This document shows, piece after piece, positions 1 to 10,623 of a DNA stretch of 64,000 bases. Under the pieces are notes generated by a model. It had not been told where the DNA came from, did not search any database, and saw nothing but the letters and a program-made list of their open reading frames with translations. Origin of the DNA: an uncultured Verrucomicrobiae bacterium (GTDB lineage: Bacteria; Verrucomicrobiota; Verrucomicrobiia; Chthoniobacterales; UBA10450). The translations under genes and the position numbers were made by a program. Within the stretch, counting starts at the first letter, position 1; every line of letters starts with the position of its first letter. Where the stretch lies: the NCBI GenBank assembly GCA_963772365.1, contig CAVYXA010000005.1, positions 64,001-128,000 on the forward strand, in the 5' to 3' direction.

Positions 1-128
1 CCTGGACTTCTCATTTTTTTTCTTCTTCATCCTGGCGGTGAACTGGTCGAGGGCTGCAATGCCGTCTGGCGTGGATGTGGCATGGGAAACCGAAAATGCA
101 GAGCTCTACGATAGCGTAAGGATGTCGC

Positions 129-1592
129 ATGCTTGAACGGGCGATTGTCTTGTTGGCAGGGATTGCGATTGGATTTTGCGAGACTGCGAGCGGGGCGCCG
201 ATTAAATCAAAGAGTCCATCGCGGCCTGATGTTGCTGCAGCGATTGAGTCGGCGAATGATGGCGATACGATCGAGATTCCGGCGGGAACAGCAGACTGGG
301 ACAAAACAGTGAACGTGACCAAAGGCGTTACGATTCAAGGTGCCGGGATTGGGCAGACAATCATCCAGGATAACGTGCTCGGGACAAAGCGGGACACCTC
401 TTCTCTCCTCAATTTGTGCACGGTAAAAAGCAAATTGTACCGGGTAACGGGAATTGAGTTCGCGCCGGCGAAGGCAATAACAGGCGATAACCGGCACGGA
501 GGGAAAGGCATGGTTCGCATCGCGGGCGACTCCGTCAGCGTCAGGATCGATCATTGCAAGTTTGTCAGCGTAGCGAATCGAGGATGTGCTTTCTTCAATG
601 CCGCCTTGGGTGTGATAGATCATTGCGAGTTCGTCGGGAAAGGAGTTATCGTCAATCATCAAGAGTGGGGCGGGGGTCAGTTCGGGGATCAATCCTTTGC
701 CGATGATGCTAACTTCGGATCAGCGGATGCAGTTTACGTCGAGGACTGCAAATTCGTTCGTGCCGTCATGGATGCTCAGGGCGGGTCCCGGTACGTTTTT
801 AGACACAATATGGTTATTGACGGAACGGTTGTGACTCACGGTTCTGAAACCAAGGGCCCGCTTCGCGGCACACGGATGTTTGAGATTTACGACAATATAT
901 TCACGTCTAATCACTACAGAACAAATGCCGTTTTTATACGTAGTGGGAGCGGTGTGATTTTCAATAATACCGTCTCGAACTACAAAAATTTCTGCATGTT
1001 GAACCATTACCGTGCCCTGCACGATCATTTCTATTGGGGGATCAGCGATGGCCGTTCGCCATGGGATGACAACTTGCCCGGGGGGCCTTTCGAAAAGGGC
1101 ACCCATACGGGCGAAAACGATTCGAAAAACCTTACCGATGCGACCAAAAATTGGCAGTCAAATCAATGGGTTGGTTATTCGATACTTAACACAACGACTG
1201 GTCGCGCTTCAGTCGTGATGTCCAACAACAGCAACACCATTCTCGAATGGCCGGAAGCTGGTCATATCCCGAGTCAGGGAGGTGGTCACATGATGACGTT
1301 CAATAAGGGAGATTCTTACGAATTTTGGCGGATCAGAAATGCAATGGACATGCCCGGAATGGGGAAATCGGATCTGCTCGCGCCCCCGAAACATCCCAGG
1401 ATTGGTTTTCCGCATCAGGCGATCGAAGGGATCTACGGCTGGAACAACAAAATGAACGGCGCTCCTGCCAGGATCATTTGTCCGAAATATCCATTTATCG
1501 TCGAAAGTGTGCATTATTTTAATGATAAGCAGAAGCCCGGCTACAAACCGTTCGTATATCCCCACCCGTTGACAAAGGATGTATCCAGATGA
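129..1592 (+). CDS. Secreted right-handed beta-helix (pectin lyase-like) protein
   Basis: Signal peptide; 'AAIESANDGDTIEIPAGT' cap motif; repeated 'RIDHCKF/VIDHCEF/GVIFNNTV' coils; paralog of the next gene. Confidence 0.65.
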   Translation: MLERAIVLLAGIAIGFCETASGAPIKSKSPSRPDVAAAIESANDGDTIEIPAGTADWDKTVNVTKGVTIQGAGIGQTIIQDNVLGTKRDTSSLLNLCTVKSKLYRVTGIEFAPAKAITGDNRHGGKGMVRIAGDSVSVRIDHCKFVSVANRGCAFFNAALGVIDHCEFVGKGVIVNHQEWGGGQFGDQSFADDANFGSADAVYVEDCKFVRAVMDAQGGSRYVFRHNMVIDGTVVTHGSETKGPLRGTRMFEIYDNIFTSNHYRTNAVFIRSGSGVIFNNTVSNYKNFCMLNHYRALHDHFYWGISDGRSPWDDNLPGGPFEKGTHTGENDSKNLTDATKNWQSNQWVGYSILNTTTGRASVVMSNNSNTILEWPEAGHIPSQGGGHMMTFNKGDSYEFWRIRNAMDMPGMGKSDLLAPPKHPRIGFPHQAIEGIYGWNNKMNGAPARIICPKYPFIVESVHYFNDKQKPGYKPFVYPHPLTKDVSR

Positions 1593-1653
1593 GCGCGGGG
1601 CACCGTCGTCACGGTGAAACTCGCCGGAGCGGAGCAGCTCGAAGTTCCATAAT

Positions 1654-1669
1654 TGGCATATTCACTGCT
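1654..1669 (+). promoter_or_regulatory. Sigma54 (-24/-12) promoter candidate
   Basis: TGGCATATTCACTGCT fits GG-N10-GC, just upstream of the 1693 ORF. Confidence 0.5.
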
Positions 1670-1692
1670 ATTTCTGCCATGGTCTATCTCGC

Positions 1693-3264
1693 ATGCGCAC
1701 TTTGGAAAGCCTCAGTTCGGGCCACTTTAATTTAGTAATTGCCCGCTTTGCCTTACGACTGACCAGCGTCGTATTTATCTTGGGAATTTTCTTCAGCTCA
1801 GCCCACATGGACGCGGGCATCGTCAGTGCGGCTAGCGCAGCTTATGCGGATGTTGCCGCCGCCATCACCGCTGCCTCAGAAGGGGACACAGTGACCATTC
1901 CTGCCGGAACCGCACAATGGGACGCGACACTGACGGTTACCAAGGCCGTAACGATACAAGGCGCCGGAGTCGGCCTAACGATTCTTCGCGACAATGCTCC
2001 CGGCAGCGGCAATGACAATTCATCCATTTTCAACCTCTCTACCGTTGCCGACAGATTCTATCGTATCACAGGAATCGAGTTTACCCAGGGAGACCGCATC
2101 GCTCCGCTCACAAAGGGATTAGTCCGGGTCGCAGGCTTTACGAGCACTTTCAGAATTGATCACTGTCGTTTTGCCACCGGCACAAATAGAGCGATTACCG
2201 TTGCCGACGCTGCGATTGGCGTGATCGACCATTGCGAATTGGTAAGGACTAGCGGACCCATCGGAGAGTCTGAAATTGTTGTAAATCATGAACAATGGGG
2301 TGGCGGCAGCTTTGGCCATCAATCCTTTGCCGATCCATCGTTTCAGGGAACGGAGAAAGCCGTTTACATCGAAGATTGCACGCTTACGGGTGCAGCCATC
2401 GATGCTCAAGGAGGTTCACGCTACGTCATTCGCCATTGTAATGCGACAAATGCGATGCTGGTGACGCATGGATCGGAGTCGGCCAGCGGCCCCGTCCGGG
2501 GAACGCGGTGGTTTGAAATATATGACAATACTGTCACTGCAGGACCCGATACGAGCACTAATGCCATTCTCATTCGGAGCGGTGGTGGAGTTATTTTCAA
2601 CAATCAGGCATACGGCTGGGGGAAGTTCTGCCGTTTGGTCCGTTACGCATCGGCGCACGACAACTACTACTGGGGCATCAGTGATGGCACGTCGGCTTGG
2701 GATGACAATCAAGCTGACGGTCCATTCCAAAGCGGCACGCACACAGGAGGCAACAACTCCACCTCGATGACGGATTCGACTAAGAACTGGACACCGGACC
2801 AGTGGGTTGGCTACTCAATCCACAATACCACGAGCGGGCGTGCATCCATTGTCATCTCCAATACGTCCAACGCTGTTACTGGCTGGCCTGCTGCAACACA
2901 GGTTCCAAGCCAGGGCGGAGGAACGATGATGACGTTCAATACCGGCGACCATTACGAATTTTGGAAGATCAACAACGGAATGGACATGCCGGGCATGGGA
3001 AGATGCGATTTACTCACTCCACCCGATAACCCAACGCCCGGTTTTCCTCATCAAGTAATCGAGGGCATCTACGGCTGGAACAATACTCTCAACGGCGGTC
3101 CTGGACCAATCGTCGTAAACGAATACAAGTGCATCCGAGAAGGGGTGCACTTTTTTAATGATACTCAAAAGCCTGGTTATACTCCCTACGTCTACCCGCA
3201 CCCGCTCGTAACTGGGGAGCCCCCGCCGCCGGGCGCGCCAGAACATCTAAGGGTTCAGCCGTAG
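1693..3264 (+). CDS. Secreted beta-helix protein, tandem paralog of 129-1592
   Basis: Shared blocks (VNHxxWGGGxFG, DAQGGSRYV, WGISDG, MDMPGMG, YPHPL); Pro-rich tail PPPPGAPEHLRV; start uncertain. Confidence 0.65.
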   Translation: MRTLESLSSGHFNLVIARFALRLTSVVFILGIFFSSAHMDAGIVSAASAAYADVAAAITAASEGDTVTIPAGTAQWDATLTVTKAVTIQGAGVGLTILRDNAPGSGNDNSSIFNLSTVADRFYRITGIEFTQGDRIAPLTKGLVRVAGFTSTFRIDHCRFATGTNRAITVADAAIGVIDHCELVRTSGPIGESEIVVNHEQWGGGSFGHQSFADPSFQGTEKAVYIEDCTLTGAAIDAQGGSRYVIRHCNATNAMLVTHGSESASGPVRGTRWFEIYDNTVTAGPDTSTNAILIRSGGGVIFNNQAYGWGKFCRLVRYASAHDNYYWGISDGTSAWDDNQADGPFQSGTHTGGNNSTSMTDSTKNWTPDQWVGYSIHNTTSGRASIVISNTSNAVTGWPAATQVPSQGGGTMMTFNTGDHYEFWKINNGMDMPGMGRCDLLTPPDNPTPGFPHQVIEGIYGWNNTLNGGPGPIVVNEYKCIREGVHFFNDTQKPGYTPYVYPHPLVTGEPPPPGAPEHLRVQP

Positions 3265-3275
3265 TGCTGTATCGT

Positions 3276-3345
3276 AGATAGAGATCGGAGATCGCAGTTA
3301 GGGACTATTAACGGACTACGGACCACCGACCACTGACGACAGACT
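3276..3345 (+). repeat. 7-nt periodic degenerate repeats (GAGATCG; GACnACn)
   Basis: gagatcg-gagatcg; gactacg-gaccacc-gaccact-gacgaca. Confidence 0.7.
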
Positions 3346-3451
3346 TCTGGCAGATGGAAGATTGTCCGCCTTCGTCCGGCTGCTGCCGAACTACGGCGAG
3401 GCGAGAGCTACTGCGCGATAAACAGACCGCCGCTACAGCAGCTACAGCAAT

Positions 3452-4588
3452 ATGAGACCGGAGCGCATCATTTCGCCAGACGACCGGATTCTGGTGACTG
3501 GATCGAGCGGCTTTATTGGAACAAGGGTTGTCCGGATTCTGCTCGAATATGGGTTCACCAGAGTTCGCTGCTTCGTTCGTCCCTCCAGCCATCTCGGCCG
3601 GCTCAAAAAGGTTCTCAGCGAATTCGATCTCGGAGAGAATGTTGAGATTGTTACCGGCGATCTTCTTTCCGCTGAAGATTGCCGGAAGGCGACAGAAGGA
3701 GTGTCGCTGATTTATCATCTGGCGGTTGGGATCGAGAAATCATTCGCCGGCGCGTTCATGAATTCGGTCTTGACCACTCGAAACCTGATTGAGGCGCTCC
3801 TTGAGGTTGGCAAACCGAAGAGATTCATAAACGTCAGCTCATTCGCAGTTTATTCGAACCTGCTCTTAAACCACGGAAGCGTGTTGGATGAAACCTGTGA
3901 ATTGGAGGATGCCTCGCAGGATCGCTTTGACGCCTACGGATTCGGAAAGCTGAAACAGGAGCAGTTAGTCAAAGAGTACGGAACAAAGTGTAATCTACCC
4001 TATGTCATTGTTCGTCCGGGTTACGTTTTCGGACCCGGCAAAAAAGAACTCAGCGGCCGGGTCGGTATCAAAACATTTGGGCCGTTCATCCAGGTAAACG
4101 GTTCCCATAGGTTGCCGATTACCTACGTGGACAACTGCGCTGAGGCGATCGTCCTCGCGGGTCTCAAACCGGGCATCGACGGCGAAGTCTTCAACGTGGT
4201 GGATGATGAGCTTGTGACTGCCCGGAAATTTTTGAGAGCATGCAAACGAGTGAAACGCTTTCGTTCGGTCCGCGTTCCTTATTGGGTTGGGTACAGCGGA
4301 TGTTTCCTTTGGGAAAAATATTCCCGATGGTCCAAAGGCCAGCTTCCTCCGGTTTTTAATCGACGGCGATGTGTCGCCGAATGGAGGAGCCAACGGTACT
4401 CCAATCAAAAGCTAAAGGACCGTGTCGGGTGGAAGCCGCGCGTGCCAATGAAGGAAGCGATGGCGCGTTTTCTGAGTCAGTTCGAGTCAGAAAACGCGCA
4501 GAGGTCAGATATCAGAGATCAGAGGTCGGGAATCGGATATCAGTCGACAGATGTCAGACTTCAGCAGCAGAACGGCAATGCAGATTAA
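3452..4588 (+). CDS. NAD-dependent epimerase/dehydratase
   Basis: ILVTGSSGFIG, YGFGK (YxxxK), VRPGYVFGPG; C-terminus runs through repeat DNA. Confidence 0.9.
   Translation: MRPERIISPDDRILVTGSSGFIGTRVVRILLEYGFTRVRCFVRPSSHLGRLKKVLSEFDLGENVEIVTGDLLSAEDCRKATEGVSLIYHLAVGIEKSFAGAFMNSVLTTRNLIEALLEVGKPKRFINVSSFAVYSNLLLNHGSVLDETCELEDASQDRFDAYGFGKLKQEQLVKEYGTKCNLPYVIVRPGYVFGPGKKELSGRVGIKTFGPFIQVNGSHRLPITYVDNCAEAIVLAGLKPGIDGEVFNVVDDELVTARKFLRACKRVKRFRSVRVPYWVGYSGCFLWEKYSRWSKGQLPPVFNRRRCVAEWRSQRYSNQKLKDRVGWKPRVPMKEAMARFLSQFESENAQRSDIRDQRSGIGYQSTDVRLQQQNGNAD
4499..4558 (+). repeat. TCAGA-type heptamer tract (left arm)
   Basis: cagaggtcagatatcagagatcagaggtcggg... Confidence 0.85.
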
Positions 4589-4967
4589 GTCAGCGAAGGA
4601 TCTAATTGTTTATCAGAAAGCGTACACGCTGGCGATGGAGATCTTTCACGTAAGCAAAAGCTTTCCTGCCGAAGAGAAGTATTCGCTCACGGATCAGATC
4701 CGCCGTTCCTCTCGGTCGGTTTGTACCAACATTCGAGAGGCATGGGCCAAGCGAAGATACGAGGCGCATTTTGTAAGCAAACTATCGGACTCCGATGGTG
4801 AAAACGCCGAGACGGATACCTGGCTGGATTTTGCGCGCGATTGTGGATACCTCCCGACACCTGATCACACCCTTTTGATAGACAAATGCAGTGAAGTTGG
4901 AGCGATGCTTGGCAGCATGATGAGCAATCCTTCGTCGTTTATCATCCGCTCGGCTTCTGACGCCTGA
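4578..4967 (+). CDS. Four helix bundle protein (23S rRNA IVS protein / Avd-like family)
   Basis: DLIVYQKA...FPAEEKYSLTDQIRRSSRSVCTNIREAW; ATG at 4578. Confidence 0.92.
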   Translation: MQIKSAKDLIVYQKAYTLAMEIFHVSKSFPAEEKYSLTDQIRRSSRSVCTNIREAWAKRRYEAHFVSKLSDSDGENAETDTWLDFARDCGYLPTPDHTLLIDKCSEVGAMLGSMMSNPSSFIIRSASDA

Positions 4968-5002
4968 CCTCTGACTTCTGATCTCTGATTTCTGACATCT
5001 GA
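4956..5002 (-). repeat. TCTGA-type heptamer tract (right arm, inverted)
   Basis: ctgacctctgacttctgatctctgatttctgacatctga; reverse complement matches 4499-4530. Confidence 0.85.
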
Positions 5003-5007
5003 GGACA

Positions 5008-6214
5008 ATGCTACGCATTGCCATAATCGGTTGCGGCAAGATTGCCGATGACCACGTGCAGGCTATCCAGAGGATTTCGGATTGCGAAATCGTGGCTGTC
5101 TGCGATCGGGAACCGCTCATGGCGAAACAGCTTGGCGAACGCTTTGGTGTGCCGGAATGCTTTACCGATTTGAAAGAGATGCTTCGAGTGACAAAACCCG
5201 ACGTTGTTCACATTACTACGCCGCCGCAAAGCCATTACTCTATTGGCAAACAATGTTTGGAAGCGGGAAGTCATGTTTATCTCGAAAAACCGTTCACGAT
5301 CACAGCTGATTCAGCTGAATCTTTAATCCAACTAAGCGAAAAACTGCGCAGGAAAGTAACGGTCGGGCACAACGGGCAGTTTACGCTCGAGATGATGGAG
5401 ATGCGCCGACTAGTCAACCGAGGATTTTTAGGCGGGGAGCCAGTTCATTTGGAAAGTTACTTTTATTATGACCTCGGTGATGGCAGCTCTACGACCTCGC
5501 TGTTATCTAATCCGGAGCATTGGGTGCATCAATTGCCTGGCCGACTACTTCACAATGTTATTAGCCACGGAATTGCCAAGATTGCTGAGTTTCTCGACGA
5601 CGAAATTGTCGAAACAATAGCCATAGCCAATAAGAGCCCGCGGATTCAAGCAGTTACTGGAGCGGAAATGCTTGATGAATTGCGCGTTCTGATTCGGGAC
5701 AAGCGTGAAACGACGGCGCTATTCTCTTTCTCGACGCAGATCAAAGGGCTCAACCAGTTGCGTCTTTATGGATCGACTGGATCTATCAGCGTAGATCATT
5801 TCGCCGGAAGCGTGGTTCGAAGTACAGAATCGATCGTATAAGAGCTACCTGACCTATGTTATTCCGCCGCTCCTTGCCGCGCGCGAACATCTCAGAAACG
5901 CGTGCATCAACATGATCAATTTTGGCCGAAGAAGGCTCTACCAGGATTTCGGAATGAAAGAGTTGATTGAGCGATTCTATAACAGTATCCGATCGAACGG
6001 CCCGCCGCCAATTCCCTATCGCGAGATTCTGCTCACCGCGCGGATCATGGATTGTATCTTCCGCCAAATCTACCCCAACCGGACGACGGAAGACGGACGA
6101 CAGACGACGGAAAATGGGGAGCAAGACGGAGTACGGACGGTCGACGACCGAGTACGGACGACAGCGGACGGAGATCGGAAAGAGGTCCTCGGTCATCCGT
6201 CATCAGCCATCTGA
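5008..6214 (+). CDS. Gfo/Idh/MocA family oxidoreductase (frameshift near 5830, likely assembly error)
   Basis: IAIIGCGKIA, HVYLEKP; continues in the 5912-6214 frame; tail is repeat-encoded. Confidence 0.85.
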
Positions 6215-6262
6215 TTGCTCCGGCTGATCGCTGATCGCTGACTTCTGACCTCTGATTTCTGA
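6080..6262. repeat. GACGG-type heptamer tract with inverted partner, then CTGA tract
   Basis: ggacgacggaagacggacgacagacgacgg ... gtcctcggtcatccgtcatcagccatctga ... ctgatcgctgacttctgacctctgatttctga. Confidence 0.8.
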
Positions 6263-6272
6263 AACAAGCACC

Positions 6273-7232
6273 ATGCGCTACGTGTTGATTACTCCCGCGC
6301 ACAATGAGGCGCGTTTTATTACTAAAACGCTCGACTCAATGGCTGCGCAGACCCTCTTGCCCGAGCGCTGGATCATCGTCGATGATGGTTCAACGGACAG
6401 GACCGCGGAGATCGTCGGGACTTACGTACGGCGTTATCCTTGGATAGAGTTGATTCGGCGTCACCAACGCAAGGACCGAAACTTTGCCGGCAAAGTCCAT
6501 GCTTTCAACGCCGGATATTCGTCACTTGTCACTCATCACCCATCACTCTCCTTCGACGTCGTCGGGAATCTGGATGGCGACCTTTCTTTTCCGCCGGATT
6601 ATCTGGAGTTCCTGATACAAAAATTCGCCGAAGATTTCAGACTCGGTGTGGCTGGCACTCCGTTCACAGAGGATGGCGGTTACGACACCGCCAGGGATAG
6701 CTTTGAAGGAGAAAATTATGTCGCCGGTGGTTGCCAGTTATTCCGGCGCGCATGTTTCGAGGAGATCGGCGGCTACGTCCCCAATGCCGCCGGTGGTTTG
6801 GATTGGATCGCAGTCACCATGGCGCGGATGAAAGGATGGAAGGTGCGCTCCTTTTCGGAAAAACGATTTCATCATTACCGAACGCTGGGGACAGCGCAGC
6901 GGAATCAGTTCTCTGCTCTATTCTCCTACGGGGAAAGGGCTTATTACCTCGGCTGGTCGCCGATCTGGCAATTCGTTCGCTGCGTTTATCGCATGACTAG
7001 AAAACCGATCTTCTTCGGTGGCCTGGCCCTGCTCTCTGGTTACTGCTGGGCTGCTGTAAAGCGAACCAAACGCCCGGTGTCATCGGAAATCATTCGCTTC
7101 CATCGCCGCGAACAAATACGAAGACTTCGCGGCATTCTCGGACGCGTGTTGCGACTCAAAAAGATCGACAATTTTCGTTTAGAGCGTTCGGCTTCCGTCT
7201 CCGATCTTCCATCTTCGATCTCCGGTCGTTAA
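6273..7232 (+). CDS. Glycosyltransferase family 2
   Basis: LITPAHNE, IIVDDGSTD, DGD (DxD). Confidence 0.92.
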   Translation: MRYVLITPAHNEARFITKTLDSMAAQTLLPERWIIVDDGSTDRTAEIVGTYVRRYPWIELIRRHQRKDRNFAGKVHAFNAGYSSLVTHHPSLSFDVVGNLDGDLSFPPDYLEFLIQKFAEDFRLGVAGTPFTEDGGYDTARDSFEGENYVAGGCQLFRRACFEEIGGYVPNAAGGLDWIAVTMARMKGWKVRSFSEKRFHHYRTLGTAQRNQFSALFSYGERAYYLGWSPIWQFVRCVYRMTRKPIFFGGLALLSGYCWAAVKRTKRPVSSEIIRFHRREQIRRLRGILGRVLRLKKIDNFRLERSASVSDLPSSISGR

Positions 7233-7270
7233 GAATGCAGTCATCCGTCGTCAATCATCGGTCGTCTGGA
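7195..7270 (-). repeat. Heptamer tracts at a gene junction
   Basis: ctccgatcttccatcttcgatctcc; gtcatccgtcgtcaatcatcggtcgtc. Confidence 0.7.
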
Positions 7271-8712
7271 GACAAAGTCTCTCGCGTCCTAAGAAACTTC
7301 GTCAATTGGCTCGATAACTACGGCGACACTTCTTGGGATCACCAAAGTTTTTTTGCGGGACCGACGGGACGCATGGCAAAATCATTGTATTATCGACATC
7401 GATTCATCGGAACTGCGGCAGTCGCTCCGATGATTTTGTGTGAAGCCATCCTGCCCTCGGCAAGGCGACTGTTCCATCATCCAATCCGGTTCCCGATCTC
7501 CGATGCGCATTACGCGATGGCTTTGCCTTTCTTTATGAAACGACTGGAGAGCTTCATTGCCTCACGAAAGCAATTCACTTTTTAGATGAACTAAAAAAGT
7601 CGCGCAGTCCTGATTTCGAAGATTACTGCTGGGGTTATCCATTCGATTGGGTCACGCGCAAAGGAACAATTAAGGCACACACACCGCTGATCACGACAAC
7701 GCCGTACTGCTATGAGGCGTTTTTGCAAGTAGCGAAGCTGCTTGGTCAGAGATCAGAGATCAGAGATCAGAGATCAGATCGTGAATCTGAGGAATCAGCG
7801 TCTTCTGACTTCCGACCGCTGACATCTGGCCTCTGTGCGATGGACATCGCCGAGTCCATCGCGCGGCACGCAGCCAATGACATCAAAGACTTTCCAACGT
7901 CGGCAGCGGGCAGCAGTTGTTCTTACACGCCTTATGATGAAGGCGGAGTCATTAACGCTGCGGCGTATCGTGCTTTCCTGCTGACGAGCGCATCACAGGT
8001 TTTTTCCAATGACGATTACTGGAAGATCGGTGAGCGAAATCTGAATTTCGTTCTGGAGAACCAAAACCCCGATGGTTCCTGGTTTTATGCCGTCGATGGC
8101 GTGCGCAATTTTGTCGATCATTATCACACATGCTTTGTCATGAAGGCGCTGGCCAAGATTCACGATCTGACCGGGCATGAAGCGACTTTTACGGCACTCG
8201 AAAAGGGCGTTCAGTATTACCTCGAAAATCTGTTTGCGGAGGATGGAATGCCGAAGCCTTTTGCCAAGGCGCCGCGGCTGACCGTTTACAAACGGGAGCT
8301 CTACGACTGTGCCGAGTGCATCAATCTCTGCCTGTTGTTGCGCGACCGGTTCCCCGAGCTGGACACCACGCTGGAAACCGTCGTTCACGGAATGCTGAGC
8401 GACTGGATCAAGCCCGACGGCTCGTTCCGCTCGCGCCGGTTGCATCTTGGCTGGGACAACGTCCCGATGCATCGCTGGGGGCAGTCGCAGATGTTTCGCG
8501 CGCTCGCGCTCTATTTGCGCGAAACATCTGCGCAAGAGGACAGAAGTCAGAGGACAGGAGTCAGAGGTCAGATGTCAGCGGTCAGCGGTTCGCAGGGCGC
8601 GAACTATACGGCGGGAGGTCGTGAGAATCGATCTAGGGAAGCCGGCGACTCGGTTTTGGTGAAGACCGAGAGGTCAGAAATCGGTCGCAGCCGTCGGCCA
8701 TCAGTCGTCTGA
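7235..8712 (+). CDS. EPS-locus alpha/alpha-barrel (prenyltransferase/six-hairpin-like) protein, frameshift near 7520
   Basis: WGYPFDW, QNPDGSWFY, VDHYHT; the 7235 and 7723 ORFs join on restoring one G (atg[g]gctttg). Confidence 0.6.
7746..7834. repeat. In-frame inverted heptamer arms inside the CDS
   Basis: TCAGA x5 at 7-nt period, then tctgacttccgaccgctgacatctggcctctg. Confidence 0.85.
8540..8712 (+). repeat. TCAGA heptamer tracts encoding a low-complexity C-terminal tail
   Basis: cagaagtcagaggacaggagtcagaggtcagatgtcagcggtcagcgg. Confidence 0.8.
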
Positions 8713-8717
8713 GTTAG

Positions 8718-10500
8718 ATGCGCGTCATGAAGATCTTGTACGCTAATCAGGTGTCGGAAAACGTAAAGCGTCTGAGCGCGCTGGCGGAGTGCCTTGGAAT
8801 CGAGACGGAACTCATAAACATTGGAGGAAATGGATCGTTCCTGACGCTGTTTGGGAATGGCTCACAAAAAAGAGGGATCGCTTTGGATGTAGCGAGCCTG
8901 AAGCACCGCACGAGTGGCGACGAACTGCGAAAGACGCTCGTTTCCGGTAGCGTGGCCAGTCTGCTCATTCTTGTGACGGACAACGACGAAGCAACCAATC
9001 GCTTCATCCGAGATCTAACGGCCGGAGAAATATCCGGTGTCGATCCGCAACGTTCGGTTGGAAAAGTATCATTCCCAGCATCTGGACAAGCGCTAAACCA
9101 TGATTTGTCTTCGCAGATATATCCGAGACAAAGTAAGGATGCGATTACGTTGAGGATTGCGCCTCCTTCAACTGCCGAGGTTGTAATGGAACTGAACGGT
9201 GCGGCCGGCTTTGCGCATTTCCGCCATGGTCGCGCCGAGTTTTTTATTTGGAGCACGACAGAAGTATTCGACATGAATCGCCGACTAGCAGCCGAGCTGG
9301 AGTTTGAACTCGCTTCCGATGAATATATTCCGGGTATCATCTTTCTCAGATCTGCATTCGGACAGCGGTGCTGGCATAACCCCGTTTCCGGCGCGGGAAT
9401 CGTCATCGACGATCCGTTGCTCAAGGAAAATTACGGCTTTATCGACTTTCGAAAACTTTTGGAGTCTGCCCGGAAACATCAATATCACGTCACCCTGGCT
9501 TTTATTCCCTGGAACTATTGGCGTAGCCGTCGCAAGACAACCCAGTTATTTCGGGATTATTCAGATTGCTTCGATATTTGTGCTCATGGGTGCGATCACA
9601 CTGACAGCGAATTCAGACACGGAAGTTACGACGAACTGCTGAGCCGAAATTTCATCGCCAGCAACCGAATGGCTACGCACGCTCTGCGCACCGGCATGGA
9701 GTCGGCAGCCCCTCATGGTATGTCCGAAGGAGCAATATTCGACCAAAGCGATGCAGGCTTTTGCCGATAGCAGGCAATTCATTGCGCTGATTTGCACTGC
9801 CTGCATGCCGCGCGACTTGGATCGGCCCGCACTAACAGGTTCCGATCTACTCCTTCCAGCGCAGGATTCCTTCTCAGGGTTCCCGGTTTTCAAGCGGCAT
9901 TACTCGAATGGGATGCAGACAGGTGTTTTCGCGATGGCGTTGTTCCTAGGGAAGCCAGCAATTCTGGTCGAGCATCATCAGTTTTTCCGCGGGGGACCGG
10001 CCGGTGCGGAGGAGTTCGCCAGACTGATCCGTGAGATGCAGCCGGGGTTGCGATGGAGGTCGCTTCAACAAACGGTGATGCGCACACATGCCCGACGCCA
10101 AATTTCCCATGACCGGTGGGCGATCCGATTTTTTACCGATCAGTTTCTTTTGGAACCGGTTCCGGAAAGCGGAATTCAATACGAGTTTATTCGAAGAGTT
10201 CCGGAGCCGACGCGTGTCGAATGCGTGCGTGTGGCAGGCAAGGAGATTCCATTCCGCAAACGGGATGGATTCCTCACATTCGAAACGGAATTGCGAGAGC
10301 CGGAGACCGTCCTTGTCGAGGTTAAAGTCACTCCCGCCAGACCAAGCAAATCGGCCTCAAACGGCGTCAAGCACCATACTCGGGTGGCACTTCGGCGCGG
10401 TCTGTGCGAAATGAGGGATAATCTGGTCGCGCGAAATCGATTTGCCGTTAACGCGGGTCGACGTCTGATGAAGACTTTCGGGCAGAAAGCGCGTCAATGA
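8718..10500 (+). CDS. Polysaccharide deacetylase-like hypothetical protein (frameshift near 9710)
   Basis: IVIDDP, LAFIP, HGCDHT motifs; the 8718 and 9715 ORFs overlap. Confidence 0.55.
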
Positions 10501-10612
10501 TCAGAGGTCTGAGGCCAGCGGTCAGAAATCACAGATTCGCCGCGGCGAATCCATCTATTGGCGGATCAGAAGTCAGATCACGTTGTAACGTTGTAACCAT
10601 TTAACGATTCAC
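10500..10612 (+). repeat. TCAGA tract with nested 31-nt double hairpin, then 8-nt TAAC repeats
   Basis: gattcgccgcggcgaatc palindrome; gttgtaac-gttgtaac-catttaac. Confidence 0.8.
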
Positions 10613-10623
10613 TTTCGCGAAGC

